This document shows positions 49,601-63,536 of a DNA stretch of 64,000 bases, piece by piece (within the stretch, counting starts at the first letter, position 1; each line of letters begins with the position of its first letter). The translations under genes were made by a program, and so were the position numbers. Under the pieces are notes generated by a model. That model ran no database searches. It worked only from the letters and a program-made list of their open reading frames with translations, and was not told the origin of the DNA. This DNA comes from Phoronis australis (lineage: Eukaryota; Animalia; Phoronida), in NCBI GenBank assembly GCA_002633005.1, contig NMRA01000019.1, positions 874,099 through 938,098 on the forward strand. Reading direction: 5' to 3'.

Positions 49601-52600
49601 TATAGTAATATGCATATATTTTGCTAAATACATATTTATTGATAAGGCCCTACAAAAAATAAATGAACTAAATGACCATCAACTCAAGAGAATCTCAGCA
49701 GAGTTCACTCAATTAATTCATAACAGATGACTAACGGTCTCAGTATCACCGCATTAAGTTAGGGCTGAAGTCCGTCAAGTCAGATTTAGCTTAGACAAGT
49801 ACCTAGCACAAACAAGTCACCTACAATCTCTTCTGGCTGATGATTCATCATAAAAATGTCGTGAAGCAGCTTAACAACTAAGATTGCCTCCAAACAAATG
49901 TCCACAGAGAGTGCACAATACAGATGTCTTTCATTGAAAGTTCATGTCAGTTTTCCTGATAACAGCAGCATCTTAAGGTCACTGTCTGCGGATACTTTGC
50001 CAGTGTTAGATCATAGTAAATGACCAGTGCTGACGCCTAAACTGAATGCTTGTCTTTGTATCATAGTACTTGTAGGATATTTAAAATAATTCATTTTGTA
50101 CAGAATAATGACTTGGAATAACAAAACACAAAGTGGTGTGTGTGCGTTATCTACAACATTTGTTTAAATACAAAAGTAACAACAACTATCAAGCTTGGCA
50201 ACTCGGTGACTTTTCCAAAGAAAGTCAATACAGTCAAATTCATGACAGTTTTTCACCTTACATGAAGCTGACTGTGTGCTGGTGGCCAGAACAAGGATAT
50301 ACTTTGCTATGACCAACAGATGGGGTTATAACAAAAATAGAAAATAACATACATGACTGTTATTATACAAAATGTCATTGTTTTAATACGCTTTAGTGAC
50401 TTGCAATGTCATGTTCAACAGATTGACAATCACCAAGCTGCAGTGGAAATAAACCTTATCCAATTCACCTTTCAGCTTCACAGTCTTGAACACTGCTGTT
50501 CTCAGTGTGACCAACAGAGGGCAGTCTCTGACCAGAGTTGTGCCGTGAGGACTGGCCACTCACTGGTACCCTCACCTGTTGCTTTAGCCTGGTCACTGGA
50601 TCAAGAAGAGAGAAATAAAAACAATGAAATGAAATGAAAATAAATTACAGTTTTGTTAATTCAAAAAAGAGAAATTAACAACTCAAGGCAACAAATTTCG
50701 CACAACATATTCATTTTCATGAGATTTTCCCCAAAAAATTAAGACAAGAATAATGTTTGCTCATGATTGTCAATCATAACTGAATATCTATGAGTTGACA
50801 TTTGACGTTGTCTTGAATGCACATGATTAGTTTCTAGGACTGAATACAGTTTGAAAACGAATCTACGATTTCATGAGTTGGCATGACTGATTCAAAAACT
50901 CATTTTTTATAGTCTGACTAGGAGTTTGTTCTAAAACATAAATAATTTAGTATTCTATTACATTTCTACATGTGACAGGGTACACTTATTACAAGTGATT
51001 ATTGAAATCCACAATTTTGACAGTTGAATTTGAAGCATAAATAGACTTCTACAGTTATTCCCCAATGCCATTTTAAATGTAATAGAAATTTATAAGTTTC
51101 ATATGAAATTTATTACGTTCAAAGTTGCAGCCATTTCCATCTTAGGTATCAATCAATACTATTTTAAAAAATACTACATTACAAATTTTGCAAGGGTTTG
51201 AAAATTGTATGCTTTCACGCGTTCATTGTTGTTACTTCAAAAGATATAATTTAAAGAAACAAGACCACCTTCAACAACTTTATCTATTATCAAATATAAA
51301 TTTTGTAGTAACTTGGTGACAAGTTGTCTTAAATAACATCACCTGTTTGCATTCGGTTACCTTGTTCTTCAGTTGTCATGTTTTCAGAGTTGCCTCCCAT
51401 GCCGTGGCTGCTATCTACCCTCAAGGAGTCACGTGACCCATTCTGCGCCGTCCTCAGTGGTGGCGGTTCCCGATCTCTGTAGAACTGCACTGGTTGAACG
51501 TCTGCTGAACTCTCCCCTGAGTGCAGCGTGTGTTCAATGCTACTATTTACCCGTGACACTGATCGGTCAAATGAGGTTGATCGGTCAAATACAAAGCGAC
51601 GAGATGCGGCACCATCTAAAGACGGTGACCGTTCAACCAGCACTGGCCGCAAGTCTGGTAATGGCAGGTTAAAGCTAAAATGTCTGCTGCTGTGACTAGC
51701 GTGACGAGATCGACACTTGGTTGCTGCATGCATGGCCTGAAGGACTATGCCTTCCACTATGTCTCTACAGATCACAACAGGATCCGCCTCGCACTCCAGA
51801 CAATCCGTGGTTAAATCGACCGTCTGCCTGCACAATAGCCTCATATCAGCCACAAAACTTGACATATCACAGTCTCCGTGGGTGTCAGCCTGACTTGAAT
51901 CACTAGAATCAGACACTGCGACACTTCGTGTTGTGGTATCATCCCACCTTTGTACTACTTCATCACTGTAATTGGTCTCGTGCAAACTCTTATTGCAAGA
52001 TGTTTGATTAAGGTCACTCTCTGACAACTCTACATCAGTTGTGTAACTAGTGGTTGGGGTTGTATCGTTTTCCTCTATTACAACTGACCTCAACGAATTC
52101 TGTTGATGTTTGTCCGTCTCAGTTTGTGTACTTTGCGACTTTTTGGGCCTTGCACCAAGACCGTATTCGGCGGTCTCACCTATACTTTCATTATCACTGG
52201 GCATGCCAGAGTCACTACTCTCATTTTCGTCCACTTCCCTTTCCGCGTGTGCCTCACCAACGCCAGCAATAGCAGAGTCCGCTTCACAACTACCATCACC
52301 ACTGCCATCACGGAGACTGTCGCTACGGTGACAGAAGTCTAGTTCGGATGGTGGAGTAGTAGCGTTGAGCAGTAAGTTTTGTACGGGTACACTATAGTCT
52401 GTTTTAGAGTTAGATGCAAGCTGTGATTGGCTGGTGGCTGCCGAGGTCGCAATGTCACGATATATTCCTGGCTCCTCGGCACTACACAAAGACCTTTCTA
52501 GAGTGAGTAGTTCTTCTGCTGATAAAGTCCACAATAGTTCCCTGGAACACACGCGATGCTATCATAACAAAACTTTAAAGCAAGCATACCCTCCACCAGC

Positions 52601-55600
52601 TCTATACTACTACATTCATGTGACAAGCACACAAGTATGCATGACGTTTTTTATTAAGTCTATTATATGAATATATAAATCATAAGTCGCCGGTTAGTGT
52701 GGAAACGTGTATCACAAACATTTCTAAGTCTCGTCAGCACACCACCTGTGGCTACATCACGTGACCTAATAAATCTATGTCCGAAAAAATTTCTCACCAA
52801 CCGTGCTTATATTTATTAGATCACATGGTGTGTCCACAGGTGGCGTGCTGACCACAGTTAGAAATGTTTGCTATAATTGTCCATCACTTTAAGGTTGTGT
52901 AGGACCCCAAAACTATGTCCATTTTTTGTTTTTTTAACATTTATTGCAAAAATGATAACACGGTACACAGTCAGAAATCCTCAATCTTAATGACACATCA
53001 CACCCACACGCACACATTTCACCGAAAACCCAATTTCACAAACCAAAAACACATTAATGTACTTTTCTCATCGGTATTTCTTTCTAATGAGAAAAAAAGA
53101 CCATCTTTGGAGAAATATGTCTCCTAATCCATTTTTACAATGATTATATTTTTTGAATATGAAATAAGTTTCTAATTCTTTTTTGAAAAGGTCCCACTTT
53201 CAGCTTTCTACAGTATATATGCTTTTTTGTCAAAAAACGATAAGATTCAACAGTTCATTCTCTTTTCCAGTTTTACAAAATATAATAGTCTGAAAATCTA
53301 TCGATATATCGACGTTTTTTTCGTGAATATAATATTCAGCTATTCTTTTCCAAAAAAAGCTTAACAAAAAAGGAACCCCAAAATAAATGTTCTAAACTTT
53401 CAGGTTCATTCCTACAAAAAGGACATCGGTCAGTTGGAGAAATACCATTAAAAAGTTATTTGATGCTACAATTCTGTGAACAATTCTCATTTGAAATCAT
53501 CCGAGTCTAACATTTGAAGTACAAAAAACAAGTTTGAAAACATAACTTCCATGCGGTCATTGAGCTAGCAAAACCAAAAGTATTTTCCCACTTTTCTAAT
53601 CCTTTTGGTTTTTGAAACAAAGTTGTCAGAAAAATATCATATAAATCATGAGTACTTTTTGAATTTTTCGACAAAATTTGCCAGAGCTGTGGGATAACTG
53701 GTTGTCAGAGACACTTTTGCACTTGAAAACGATATACTTTTGAAAGTTAATTACAAGCAATTTTTCAGTTCGCAATAAAGTGTAAAAAAGGTTTAAAACC
53801 ACATTTGACTGCAAAACTGTTGTATGACAAGAAATTTCTGTTTTCGTCAAATAAATCAACCTAAGAATCTCACACCCTTTTCATTCCAAGTTGGGTAAAG
53901 TATTGCTTTTCCTCCAATCTGAACCTTTGTGTTATGCCATAAAGGAAAGGCCAGTATCCTGTTATGTTCTTTGACCTCGTTTAATATCGAACCAAACTCA
54001 AATGTTGAAACAAACATATCCTTCCAAAAAGGATTCCCTGTGGACTAGGCTACCATTTTAAAAAATAGTTTCCTCCATTGAAAATCTTTTCAAAGTCAAA
54101 TTGACTACGTCCAATTTTGGCTAACTATGAACCATCGTATCTCAGAAATGGCTAAATCTGAATCATCCTTTAGGAAGTGGTTTTAAAATGTTTCACTTTT
54201 GCATTAGGGGCTATAAAAATACAACCTTTATGTTTTAATGAAAAAAAATTAACAAATTAATATTTTAGAAAACTGTAAGAGCCTTTTGAGATCTTATCTT
54301 GAACATTTCAAATAAAATACGATCATGTTATCGATGCCATTGTATTGCTCTCAATGTACTTTCTTTGTCACTAAATTTTACCAAAAATACATGGTCACAT
54401 GACCCAATTAATGGTAGATTGGTAAAATGTTGTCAAATTCTACAGGTTTTCTACTTTGGGACAATCTTTACTTTTATTGAGGTGTTGTTTTGTAGATTGT
54501 AATATAATCATAGATATTTGATTAAATACACTCAGACTTTTCAATAAAGTTGCACATAACCTTAAGTGACTTTAAAATTTGACAAAAATATAACATCTGA
54601 GCAAGCAATAACTAAATCAGCCAAAAAACAGAGAAAGAAAATTTTTTTGTATATACAGTCTCTAAAATTAAACAAGTTTACCTCAGATAAAAGCTACTAA
54701 GCTTAGGCATGCCATTACTAGGTCAACTCATAAAAAGAAATGATTCAATGATTCCATGTTCAAATAAAACTTAAAGTTGATAACATAACAATAAGATAGC
54801 TTGAGCAAGCAATTATTATAATCAAATCGAAAATAGTAGACAAATCAATGTTAATTTCATAAAGCATATTCATTGAAAAAATAATACAAAGATTTAAAAA
54901 TGCGAGCATGCGAGCACAAACTAAATTAAAAAACAGGAGACAATTTGATGTTTTTGTTTCATAAAGTCTCTCTCTTAAATGAACTTGACTTTGATTCAAA
55001 ATTGTAAAATTTAAGCATTCAAATTGGTGAACGAACTCAAAAAGAGAAGACAACCAAGTCGCTTAATTTTAATAGATTTAAATTTGATAACATGATATCC
55101 AACTTGAGCAAGCAATTACGAAAATCAAATGAAAATGGACCGAATCAAGTCGAGCAGGGATGGCTTTATCTACAAAATCACAGAAAATGTTTCATTTATC
55201 AATCAGATCCTTCAATTTTGAGATTTTTTCCCACAGCATGTCCTTTGTTATAAACAAAAAGTACCTAGGATCAACTAAAAGCTGAACAAATCAAACTTAA
55301 AGTACCGGTACATCAATTATCTGCAAACCACACACCACTGAAATTTGTTGAGTTTCAAAGAAGAAAACAACGCCAACCTGATTTTGATGAGTAGAGGCTG
55401 GAATGGCCTGAACATTTCTGAAATATCTGAGCTTTTCCTGTCTGGGTTTAAAGGTCCTTCAGGAAACATGATGAGGCCACTATAACAGAAATGAATAAAT
55501 GCAGCTGCTTTCCAAGATGGGAAGATTCTGCACAATGTTGTGTCAACATAACGGGACAATGTAGAAACTAACGATCTTGATGGGCGTGATATCAACATCA

Positions 55601-58600
55601 TTTTAAACACAAATGTCAATTAAAAATGAAACATCTGTTTGCACTCTCTCATTTTAACCATGAGAATACTGCTGTTTTTATTATGCAATTTTAAGCTAAT
55701 GATATTTAAAATCTAAGCCGACATTCACCGTGCGCCTGAAGTGAAAGAGGTCCCCAAAAAGGAATGTTACCATTTGAAGGTGATATTAGCCACTTCAGCA
55801 TATTTTGATACAGAAAGGTGTGTTGGACCTTTTTAATTGTATTTATAATGCAAAAAACAATCAACAAAATAAGACTATCAAAACAATACATGGCAGAGCT
55901 CAACCTTGAAAAATCGTAATTTGGGTCCCGACACCCATGCTATGGCAAAGAATACTATTATTTATAAAAGCATACGCTTGATTTCTAAAATTGCAAAGAC
56001 AAGCATTGGATGCACACAGTGCTGTCCTTTTTTGCACAAATCAGCAATATATGCCTGCATGGTTCACAATAAAAATACTCAACAACACGTCTTGTTCAAA
56101 GACCTGTTACAGTAAGCAGTATGTGCTAAAAATCATTGGACAAAGTGACTACAAATGCCTAGTCATTATGACCGAGTGCATTGTCATGACAGTTGAGTGT
56201 AAGCAAAATTCGTCATCATAACAACTGGAACAATGGGAGGGGAGGTCATGATGAGTAATGATGCAACTGAGCAGAATAAAGGACAATCAGTGTTTGCAGA
56301 AACTCCACAAATGTTACAGAAATTTAGAGAACATAAATGAGTCCTTATTGGGACTGTTTCGTGCAACCAGTCACACGTACCTACATGTAAACTGAAAGTA
56401 CAGTGGGTTGATCAGTGAATGTAAAATATGTCAACAAACATCTAAGACATGTTTGCTACAGACTTAGAATATTGTGCAGCTAAACTAATGATTATAAAAT
56501 AGATTTGCTGTAATCTGACAACAGTGCTGTTTTTCAACACGCCTCTACAACCAATCATGACATCGATTTGATAACGCACGTAGCATGTATATTATGTAGC
56601 GAAAATACACCCCATACCCTGCACATAAAAGAAAGCGTACAAATGTTTGATTCTAAAGCCCTCCCCTCATAGTACCTCCAAGTTACAACTCTGGCGCCGA
56701 CTCCCGCCAATTTTTTGTTTTCTGTCCTCTTCATTTTGTGTCTGTAATTCTAGCGTTTGATTGTTGTGCAGTGTTCACCTTTTAGGTGTGTGGTGTTCCA
56801 CTGACGTTTTGAGTTAAGAAACGAAACCTCTGGACTCTGTTATTTGTTTTCTTGTATTGATATGGCCTAAAACCACACCCGTAATCAGTTGTGTAAAAGT
56901 GCAGAGCCGTTGCACCTCTTACCAAATAATAGCCAGCCTTGGAATGGTGAACATCAGCGCTGGATCATAATCATCCAGCATGTCTTGAGTTAGGAGGTTC
57001 AAACGCAGAGCTCTGAAACGAGTTAAAGCACTCTCATAAACTTTTAGAATATACAGAAGTGAACAACTAGCTGAACATTGCAGGAGATGTGCGGTACATG
57101 CTTATTGTCTGCAGATCCCCGCAGGTTCAACATTTACACCTGATAATACAAACAAGCCTGAAACCAACTGCTCTAGAGAACTTGGAATGATCCATTTTTA
57201 GTGTAAATACACATGCATACACACACAAAGACGCACACATGCTCAATAGCCTTCTGCATTAGCGTAGTGTCTTTTAAAAATATTAAACACACTCCCGGAA
57301 ATTGCTTTTCACATTATATCCAGGTCACCGTTCACTCGTTGTATACATTCACTACTAAGACCAAGGAGAAACGTTTTGTGCGATGCTCAATTGTCCGCAA
57401 CCAAAGCCAAGGTATGAATCTGGGAATCCCAAATGGGTGTCTGGAACTCTTTTCAAGTTTTGATGTAAACAAGCAAAGCATGGAATAGGCAGACTAACTC
57501 TTAGAAGCTGGCCTCAAAAGCTTCCTAGCCTTCAAGTTGATAGCAACAACTGTTTTCAACTAAGAAAAGAAACTGAGAATCCAGCTAGGGAAGTGTTGGC
57601 CAGCCTGTGACATTATTTATTTTAAAGTTGTCTATCATGGCATGGACAGGTTTGGGACATGTATTGTGTGCTTGTATAGGTATCCTGGTTAATAATTTGC
57701 ATTCTAATTTGATGCGTAAGAAGGAATTGTCGCTTTAAATCTCATATTCCTCTATAACTCATTATAATTATTGGCCCACATTTGATTATAATTGAAAATG
57801 ATTACGCAGTTTAGTCCGCATATTTCAATTTACACACACTCACTTGAAATCAAATTACTGACTATAATTGGTAATCATTTGCCGAACACTGTCCCCTCGT
57901 CGATTTTGAAAATCTGTTCGACACGATTCACTAGTTTATTACCTGAGTACTGCCTCACTAAACAGCACAGTGACTTCCTGTATTGTATCGTATTCTTTCA
58001 TCGTCTTCACCGGAACCATAACGCTGACGTAACTAGATGTCAAGAGAAATTAACACTTAAGTTTTAAACAAGTGAACAGTTAGGAAGGGAAAATAGCAAA
58101 AAATCGCCAACAGACTCTTTAAAAGTGTAGTGAAACCAAGAAAGTGGCTTCTGCTTGCTCTAATCTCAAATTGTGTTAAATGAGACTGGCTTAGTTGATA
58201 GACTACTATTTGATTCATCCATGAACACTTCATGAAGCTGGGCTTCTGAGTGCGCCATTTGAATGCAGTACAACATCGGTAATTCTGTAGACAAGGTGTA
58301 CACGAGCAATACGTGATGAAGATCTAAGGGGTACCCAATTTTTAACCGTTTCCATGGTTACCGTAGTAGGATGCATTCGAAAATCAACACCAGTTTTGCT
58401 CTCCTCNTGTAAATACACATGCATACACACACGCAGACGCACACATGCATACACACACGCGCAGACGCACACACGCACATTCACACACACACACGCAGAC
58501 GCACACATGCATACACACACGCAGACGCACACATTCATACACACACGTAGACACACACATGCTCAATAACCTTCTGCATTAGCGTAGTGTCTTTAAAAAT

Positions 58601-61600
58601 ATTAGCACACTCCCGTAAATTCCTTTTCACATTATATCCAGGTCAGCGTTCACTTGTTGTATACATTCACTACTAAGACCAAGGAGAAACGTTTTGTGCA
58701 ATGCTCAATTGTCCGCAACCAAAGCCAAGGTATGAATCTGGGAATCCCAAATGGGTGTCTGGAACTCTTTTCAAGTTTTGATGTAAACAAGCAAAGCGTG
58801 GAATAGGCCAACTAACTCTTAGAAGCTGGCCTCAAAAGCTTCCTAGCCTTGAAGTTGATAGCAACAACTGTTTTCAACTAAGAAAAGAAACTGAGAATCC
58901 AGCTAGGGAAGTGTTGGCCAGCCTGTGACATTATTTATTTGAAAGTTATCTATCATGGCATGGACAGGTTTGGGACATGTATTGTGTGCTTGTATAAGTA
59001 TCCTGGTTTATAATTTGCATTATAATTTATGCGTAAGAAGGAATTGTCGCTTTAAATCTCATATTCCTCTGTAACTCATTATAATTATTGGCCCACATTT
59101 GATTATAATTGAAAATGATTACGCAGTTTAGTCCGCATATTTCAATTTACACACACTCACTTGAAATCAAATTACTGACTATAATTGGTAATCATTTGCC
59201 GAACACTGTCCCCTCGTCGATTTTGAAAATCTGTTCGACACGATTCACTAGTTTATTACCTGAGTACTGCCTCACTAAACAGCACAGTGACTTCCTGTAT
59301 TGTATCGTATTCTTTCATCGTCTTCACCGGAACCATAACGCTGACGTAACTAGATGTCAAGAGAAATTAACACTTAAGTTTTAAACAAGTGAACAGTTAG
59401 GAAGGGAAAATAGCAAAAAATCGCCAACAGACTCTTTAAAAGTGTAGTGAAACCAAGAAAGTGGCTTCTGCTTGCTCTAATCTCAAATTGTGTTAAATGA
59501 GACTGGCTTAGTTGATAGACTACTATTTGATTCATCCATGAACACTTCATGAAGCTGGGCTTCTGAGTGCGCCATTTGAATGCAGTACAACATCGGTAAT
59601 TCTGTAGACAAGGTGTACACGAGCAATACGTGATGAAGATCTAAGGGGTACCCAATTTTTAACCGTTTCCATGGTTACCGTAGTAGGATGCATTCGAAAA
59701 TCAACACCAGTTTTGCTCTCCTCATTAGCGACAAATTTCACGAAGAACTTGCTAGATATTAAGACAGGAACACATCCATTCCCAACACATGATCCTGTCT
59801 GCAATTTGTCCGATAGAGAGGTGGACAAAAAAAAAAACAACAGAAACACTAAGAAAGGTCACTAGGGGGCACAGATGACATTGAATCCATTGACAATGGG
59901 AAAGTGTGATTGTCTTCTTAATAGAAACCTATGAGCAGAATTTCATGGAAATCTACTAAGGAACTTGGTAGATACACGGGCAAACACAAAAAAAAAAATA
60001 AAATTACCCCTAGTGGCCAAACAAGAAGTCAAATCTACATAAACTTTTACACGAGCTGACCCAACTATGATGGGAACATGTCTGCAAAATTTCATGAAAA
60101 TCCAACGCAGGGTTTAGGAGATAAAGCAGTGGATGGTGAATGCCCAAGACGATGGCCATGTAAAAACTGATACCTTTAAATCACTGTCAGTGCACATTAC
60201 GTCCTACTTATAGATGGCTTTGTTCAATAAAACCACATAGCCAATGACAGCTCACATTTCAATGTGTTCCCACCACACATTTTATAGTCTACCGATGTAA
60301 AAACTTCGCTTGAAATTTCGTCGACGCTCATGGAGGAAAAATTTCACAAAAATTGTTTAACATTACAGAACTGTCACCTGTCTATAAACGCAAGCCAGCA
60401 CGGCCGATATCTTCACCGTAAATCGTACCTGAGCTCAAACTCGGCAAACAACCTGTCAAAGAGGACCAGGGCCTGCCTGAGTCTGTCTGAGTACATGTTC
60501 TGGTTCTTGAGACACTGGTCACGTAATAAACTTCGCACGCTGTCCAAACTCTTAGTCATGGCTTTGGCTAGAGGGCGCATGCTGGCAGACTCCACCTCAC
60601 GGTTAAGGATACAAGAACCAGCAGCCAAACACTGGAAGGAACACCACATGAGTATGCAGAATAGGATTGGAAAGTCAGCTGATCGTAAAAATTCTCCATT
60701 TCAGGACAGCCTCTAAGATTTTGGACACCGAATTCAAGATTAAATTAACTTTTCTCGATTTTGAAGATTGGGACATAGTCGATTTTGGCATTCATCATTT
60801 AATTCTCAAATATAGAAGACTGCTTTTGTATAAGCAAAATTTGAAAATAGAAGTAGCAATTCAAAAATTCCTCAAAATTACCTGCTAAGTGGAACATTTT
60901 CATGAGTCTATGTGTGTAAAATTGAGGTGAATAATTGTTTGTCATTGATAGTAATTCTTGAATTTGGGACAGCCATTATTGCTTATTTCTAACATTTGGT
61001 ACACGCTCCGACCTTGAGCAAAATAGTTAAATTTTAACAGTCCCAAACTGGAGAATATTTACGACAGATAAAGGACCGTGCACTGGCAAAGTGACACACA
61101 AACCTCAATGAAATTACACCTGCTCTACATATTTAAATTTATAAATTTAATTAGGCACTGTACAGTGTTACTATAGCAGTTAGACTAATAAGTCTAATTA
61201 GTGTATCAATAAGGCTAGAACATTGTGACTATAGTGAGATCGTGCAATGTTCTGTTTTCTACTACAAGCTGAATATGTGATGTCACAAACAGCACAGCGT
61301 ACAATAATACATGGAACTTCCTGTCTGGGGCTTTCTGTAACATTTGCTTTCTTTTCCAACAACTCGGCAAATGGGTCTCGTGTATTGTAGACCAATCTTC
61401 ATACAGGTCTCCACAGTCCTTACATACATAGATACTTTTCTAAAACAGTGACATGAATAAATCATTATCTAGACTAAACCCAGTGCTATAAAATCGTAAA
61501 TGCAAAGAAAACTGATAAATACACCCCTAGGCATACAAGTAATTTTTAGAAATTAATAACTATCAAAATCATGGAACTGCCGCAAGAACTTTGGATTCTC

Positions 61601-61859
61601 ACACGTTTTGTTAATATTCAAAATCTGATACACTATGTACAGTGGAGCAGTACCTCAGCACCAAACCACAGCTGAGCTCCCAGAGCATCCTGGACCAAGT
61701 CATCGGGGAACTTGACACGGAAATCTCGATTGGCACGGCTCCCAGGGATCACCTCATCCATGATCCGCTGGACAATGGTCAGCACCTGAATGGACACAAC
61801 AATGACCAGTTTGAGCAACGCCATCACCTCTGACATTTTTATGTCAACAAGAACACCCT

Positions 61860-61904
<45 letters not shown>

Positions 61905-63536
61905 TATATATATATAAATCGTAGACTGTGCAAGATGTATGCTGAGAACGTGTATTTGTAAACCATGTTGGTGTGATCTTTTATACCTTGTCAAAATAAC
62001 ATCTTAACCCCTTTCAGTGAAATATAACTTTTCAGTTATTCCCTAACATGTGAAAACATTAAAAATTCTTCTCAGACACTGAAAATGTTCAGTGCAGACT
62101 GCAAGCAGGTTGGTAAGTGGGTTAGAATCAAAGGATACTCAAACATGCATAAACTGAGCATTGTGCTGTTTTACGTGAACTTCTAACAACAGCCCATGGT
62201 CTCAAGAGAGGTCTACAAAAGAGACTAGTCCATGAGTGTGCTCACCCTGTCCTGAAAATAGCGCAGCTGATTGACCAGCAGCGTACATCTTTCCGGATCC
62301 TTTCGACCATCAAAGCTGTCCAGTTCTGTGGCCACAGCATTTAGGTCTTCATCAGCATAGAAGAACTGGGCTAACAAGGAGCAGTCAGACCTCTGGAAGT
62401 GAAAAAAATAACTCATTACATTTTTGTGTAAGATTGAAAACAGAGTGCCTTACTTTAGAGAAACCTACCGACACTGAATTCAAATTGTAGGCAGTAGCAC
62501 CCAACCAGTGGAGATTAAGCACAGTTTAGCCTGATCAGAATTACCGCAAATTAATATTTTTGGTAAAAGGGTTACTGGTTACAAACAAGCCCATTTCATT
62601 ACCAAAAAATGTATCTAGCCACAAGCAGCCATTTAGGAGGTGCAAGCAGCAAACAACTAGCCGCAGTAAGGAGCAAATCCAACCTTTTTAGCCCACTGAG
62701 TTTTAACCATATCGAGGTGTTTCCTTAAACTGAAGCAATGTTTACCAGAGCCAGCACTTTTGTGCCACTTGACCCAATTAAGCTTTGAAGAAGGCACATA
62801 CTGAAGTTATGGGTGTATCATGTTGGAGTTAATTTTGACAACTGGAAAGAAACTAAATAAATTAATAAGAGCAACGCAAAGCATTGAAATGCACCCACGA
62901 ATGCAGAGCAAACAGAGTGCTTCTAGAGGTGTTCATTTGTATCATAAAAATGGCCACTAAATGGCAGAAAATACATCGAATCCATCCGAAAACTGGTATG
63001 TCATCAAAGCTATTTACCAAATTTCATAAAAATCTGTCAAGGAACAACTGAGAAAATTTGAAAAAAAATTGCCACTAGGAGGCTACTGTATGGGCTCAAA
63101 AAACCTAACTGCCACAAGGAGAAAATCATCGCCAACTGTACTCTTCACACTGAGCCTATATATGCCAATTTTCACAATTATCCTTAGATTTCCGACCTGC
63201 ACGTTACCAAATCGACCCCAGCAAGCTCAGTCAGGCACTCAGGGTTATATGCTTTGTTACATCGACCCTGTAAACTTACGTAGAAAGTCTATGGGGTTCA
63301 AATGAAAGTCTTAGAAAGACTGAAAATATGTCGAAATGTATCCTCATGTTTCTTGTGCTCAGCTCAGGTGTTGCTCCACTGCCTCCAGCCAGGTAAACAC
63401 GATAAACAACATGAACGTCATGAACAAATCGCAGCTACCAAACGCAACATAATTTTTGATTTACGTTAAATCTTTCGAAATATTCCCTCTTAATGCTCAC
63501 CTTTGGCTTATACAACCATTTTCGCAGGGAATACAT
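46696..63536 (-). CDS. ZFYVE28: Lateral signaling target protein 2 homolog (ZFYVE28/LST2), 13 exons, ~913 aa, C-terminal FYVE domain
   Basis: Exons 63536-63501 ([12 protein letters not shown]), 62392-62246 ([24 protein letters not shown]), 61785-61654 ([14 protein letters not shown]), 60631-60429 (CLAAGS..FAEFEL), 59349-59260 or its duplicate 58032-57943 (YVSVMVPVK), 57012-56923 ([16 protein letters not shown]), 55479-55378, 52541-51343, 50595-50469, 48951-48797 ([10 protein letters not shown]), 48508-48284 ([11 protein letters not shown]), 47189-47086 ([14 protein letters not shown]) and 46827-46696 (IFCSRCS..VRVCNLC*). Phases are consistent and motifs match LST2. Confidence 0.95.
52715..52870. 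repeat. Inverted repeat/hairpin with ~60-bp arms (MITE-like)
   Basis: caaacatttctaa..gtcagcacaccacctgtgg..tcacgtgacctaataaat versus atttattagatcacatgg..ccacaggtggcgtgctgac..ttagaaatgtttg. Confidence 0.75.
52893..54561. mobile_element. Possible TTAA-flanked non-autonomous DNA transposon (Kolobok-like)
   Basis: TTAA|GGTTGTGT ... ACATAACC|TTAA. The internal block ggtcacatgacccaattaat..ggtaaaa recurs inverted at ~3055-3095 and partly at ~49500-49560. Confidence 0.35.
57202..59723. repeat. Tandem ~1.2-1.3 kb duplication (57202-58406 and 58408-59723) separated by one N and containing ZFYVE28 exon 5
   Basis: Identical 91-aa ORFs at 57792 and 59109 (offset 1317). The copies differ by scattered substitutions and by a ~110-bp longer CA-rich microsatellite in copy 2. 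Confidence 0.9.
58414..58562. repeat. Compound CA-rich microsatellite
   Basis: Repeats of acacatgcatacacacacgcagacgcac. Confidence 0.9.
61862..61903. repeat. (GT)n microsatellite followed by a short (TA)n
   Basis: About 21 GT units. Confidence 0.95.

Noticed and set aside
58230-58569. Cys/Val- and His/Thr-rich ORFs
   Set aside because: These are translations of a CA/GT microsatellite spanning an N.
57792-59384. Two identical 91-aa plus-strand ORFs suggesting a duplicated small gene
   Set aside because: They are antisense to ZFYVE28 exon 5 and exist twice only because of the N-bounded duplication.
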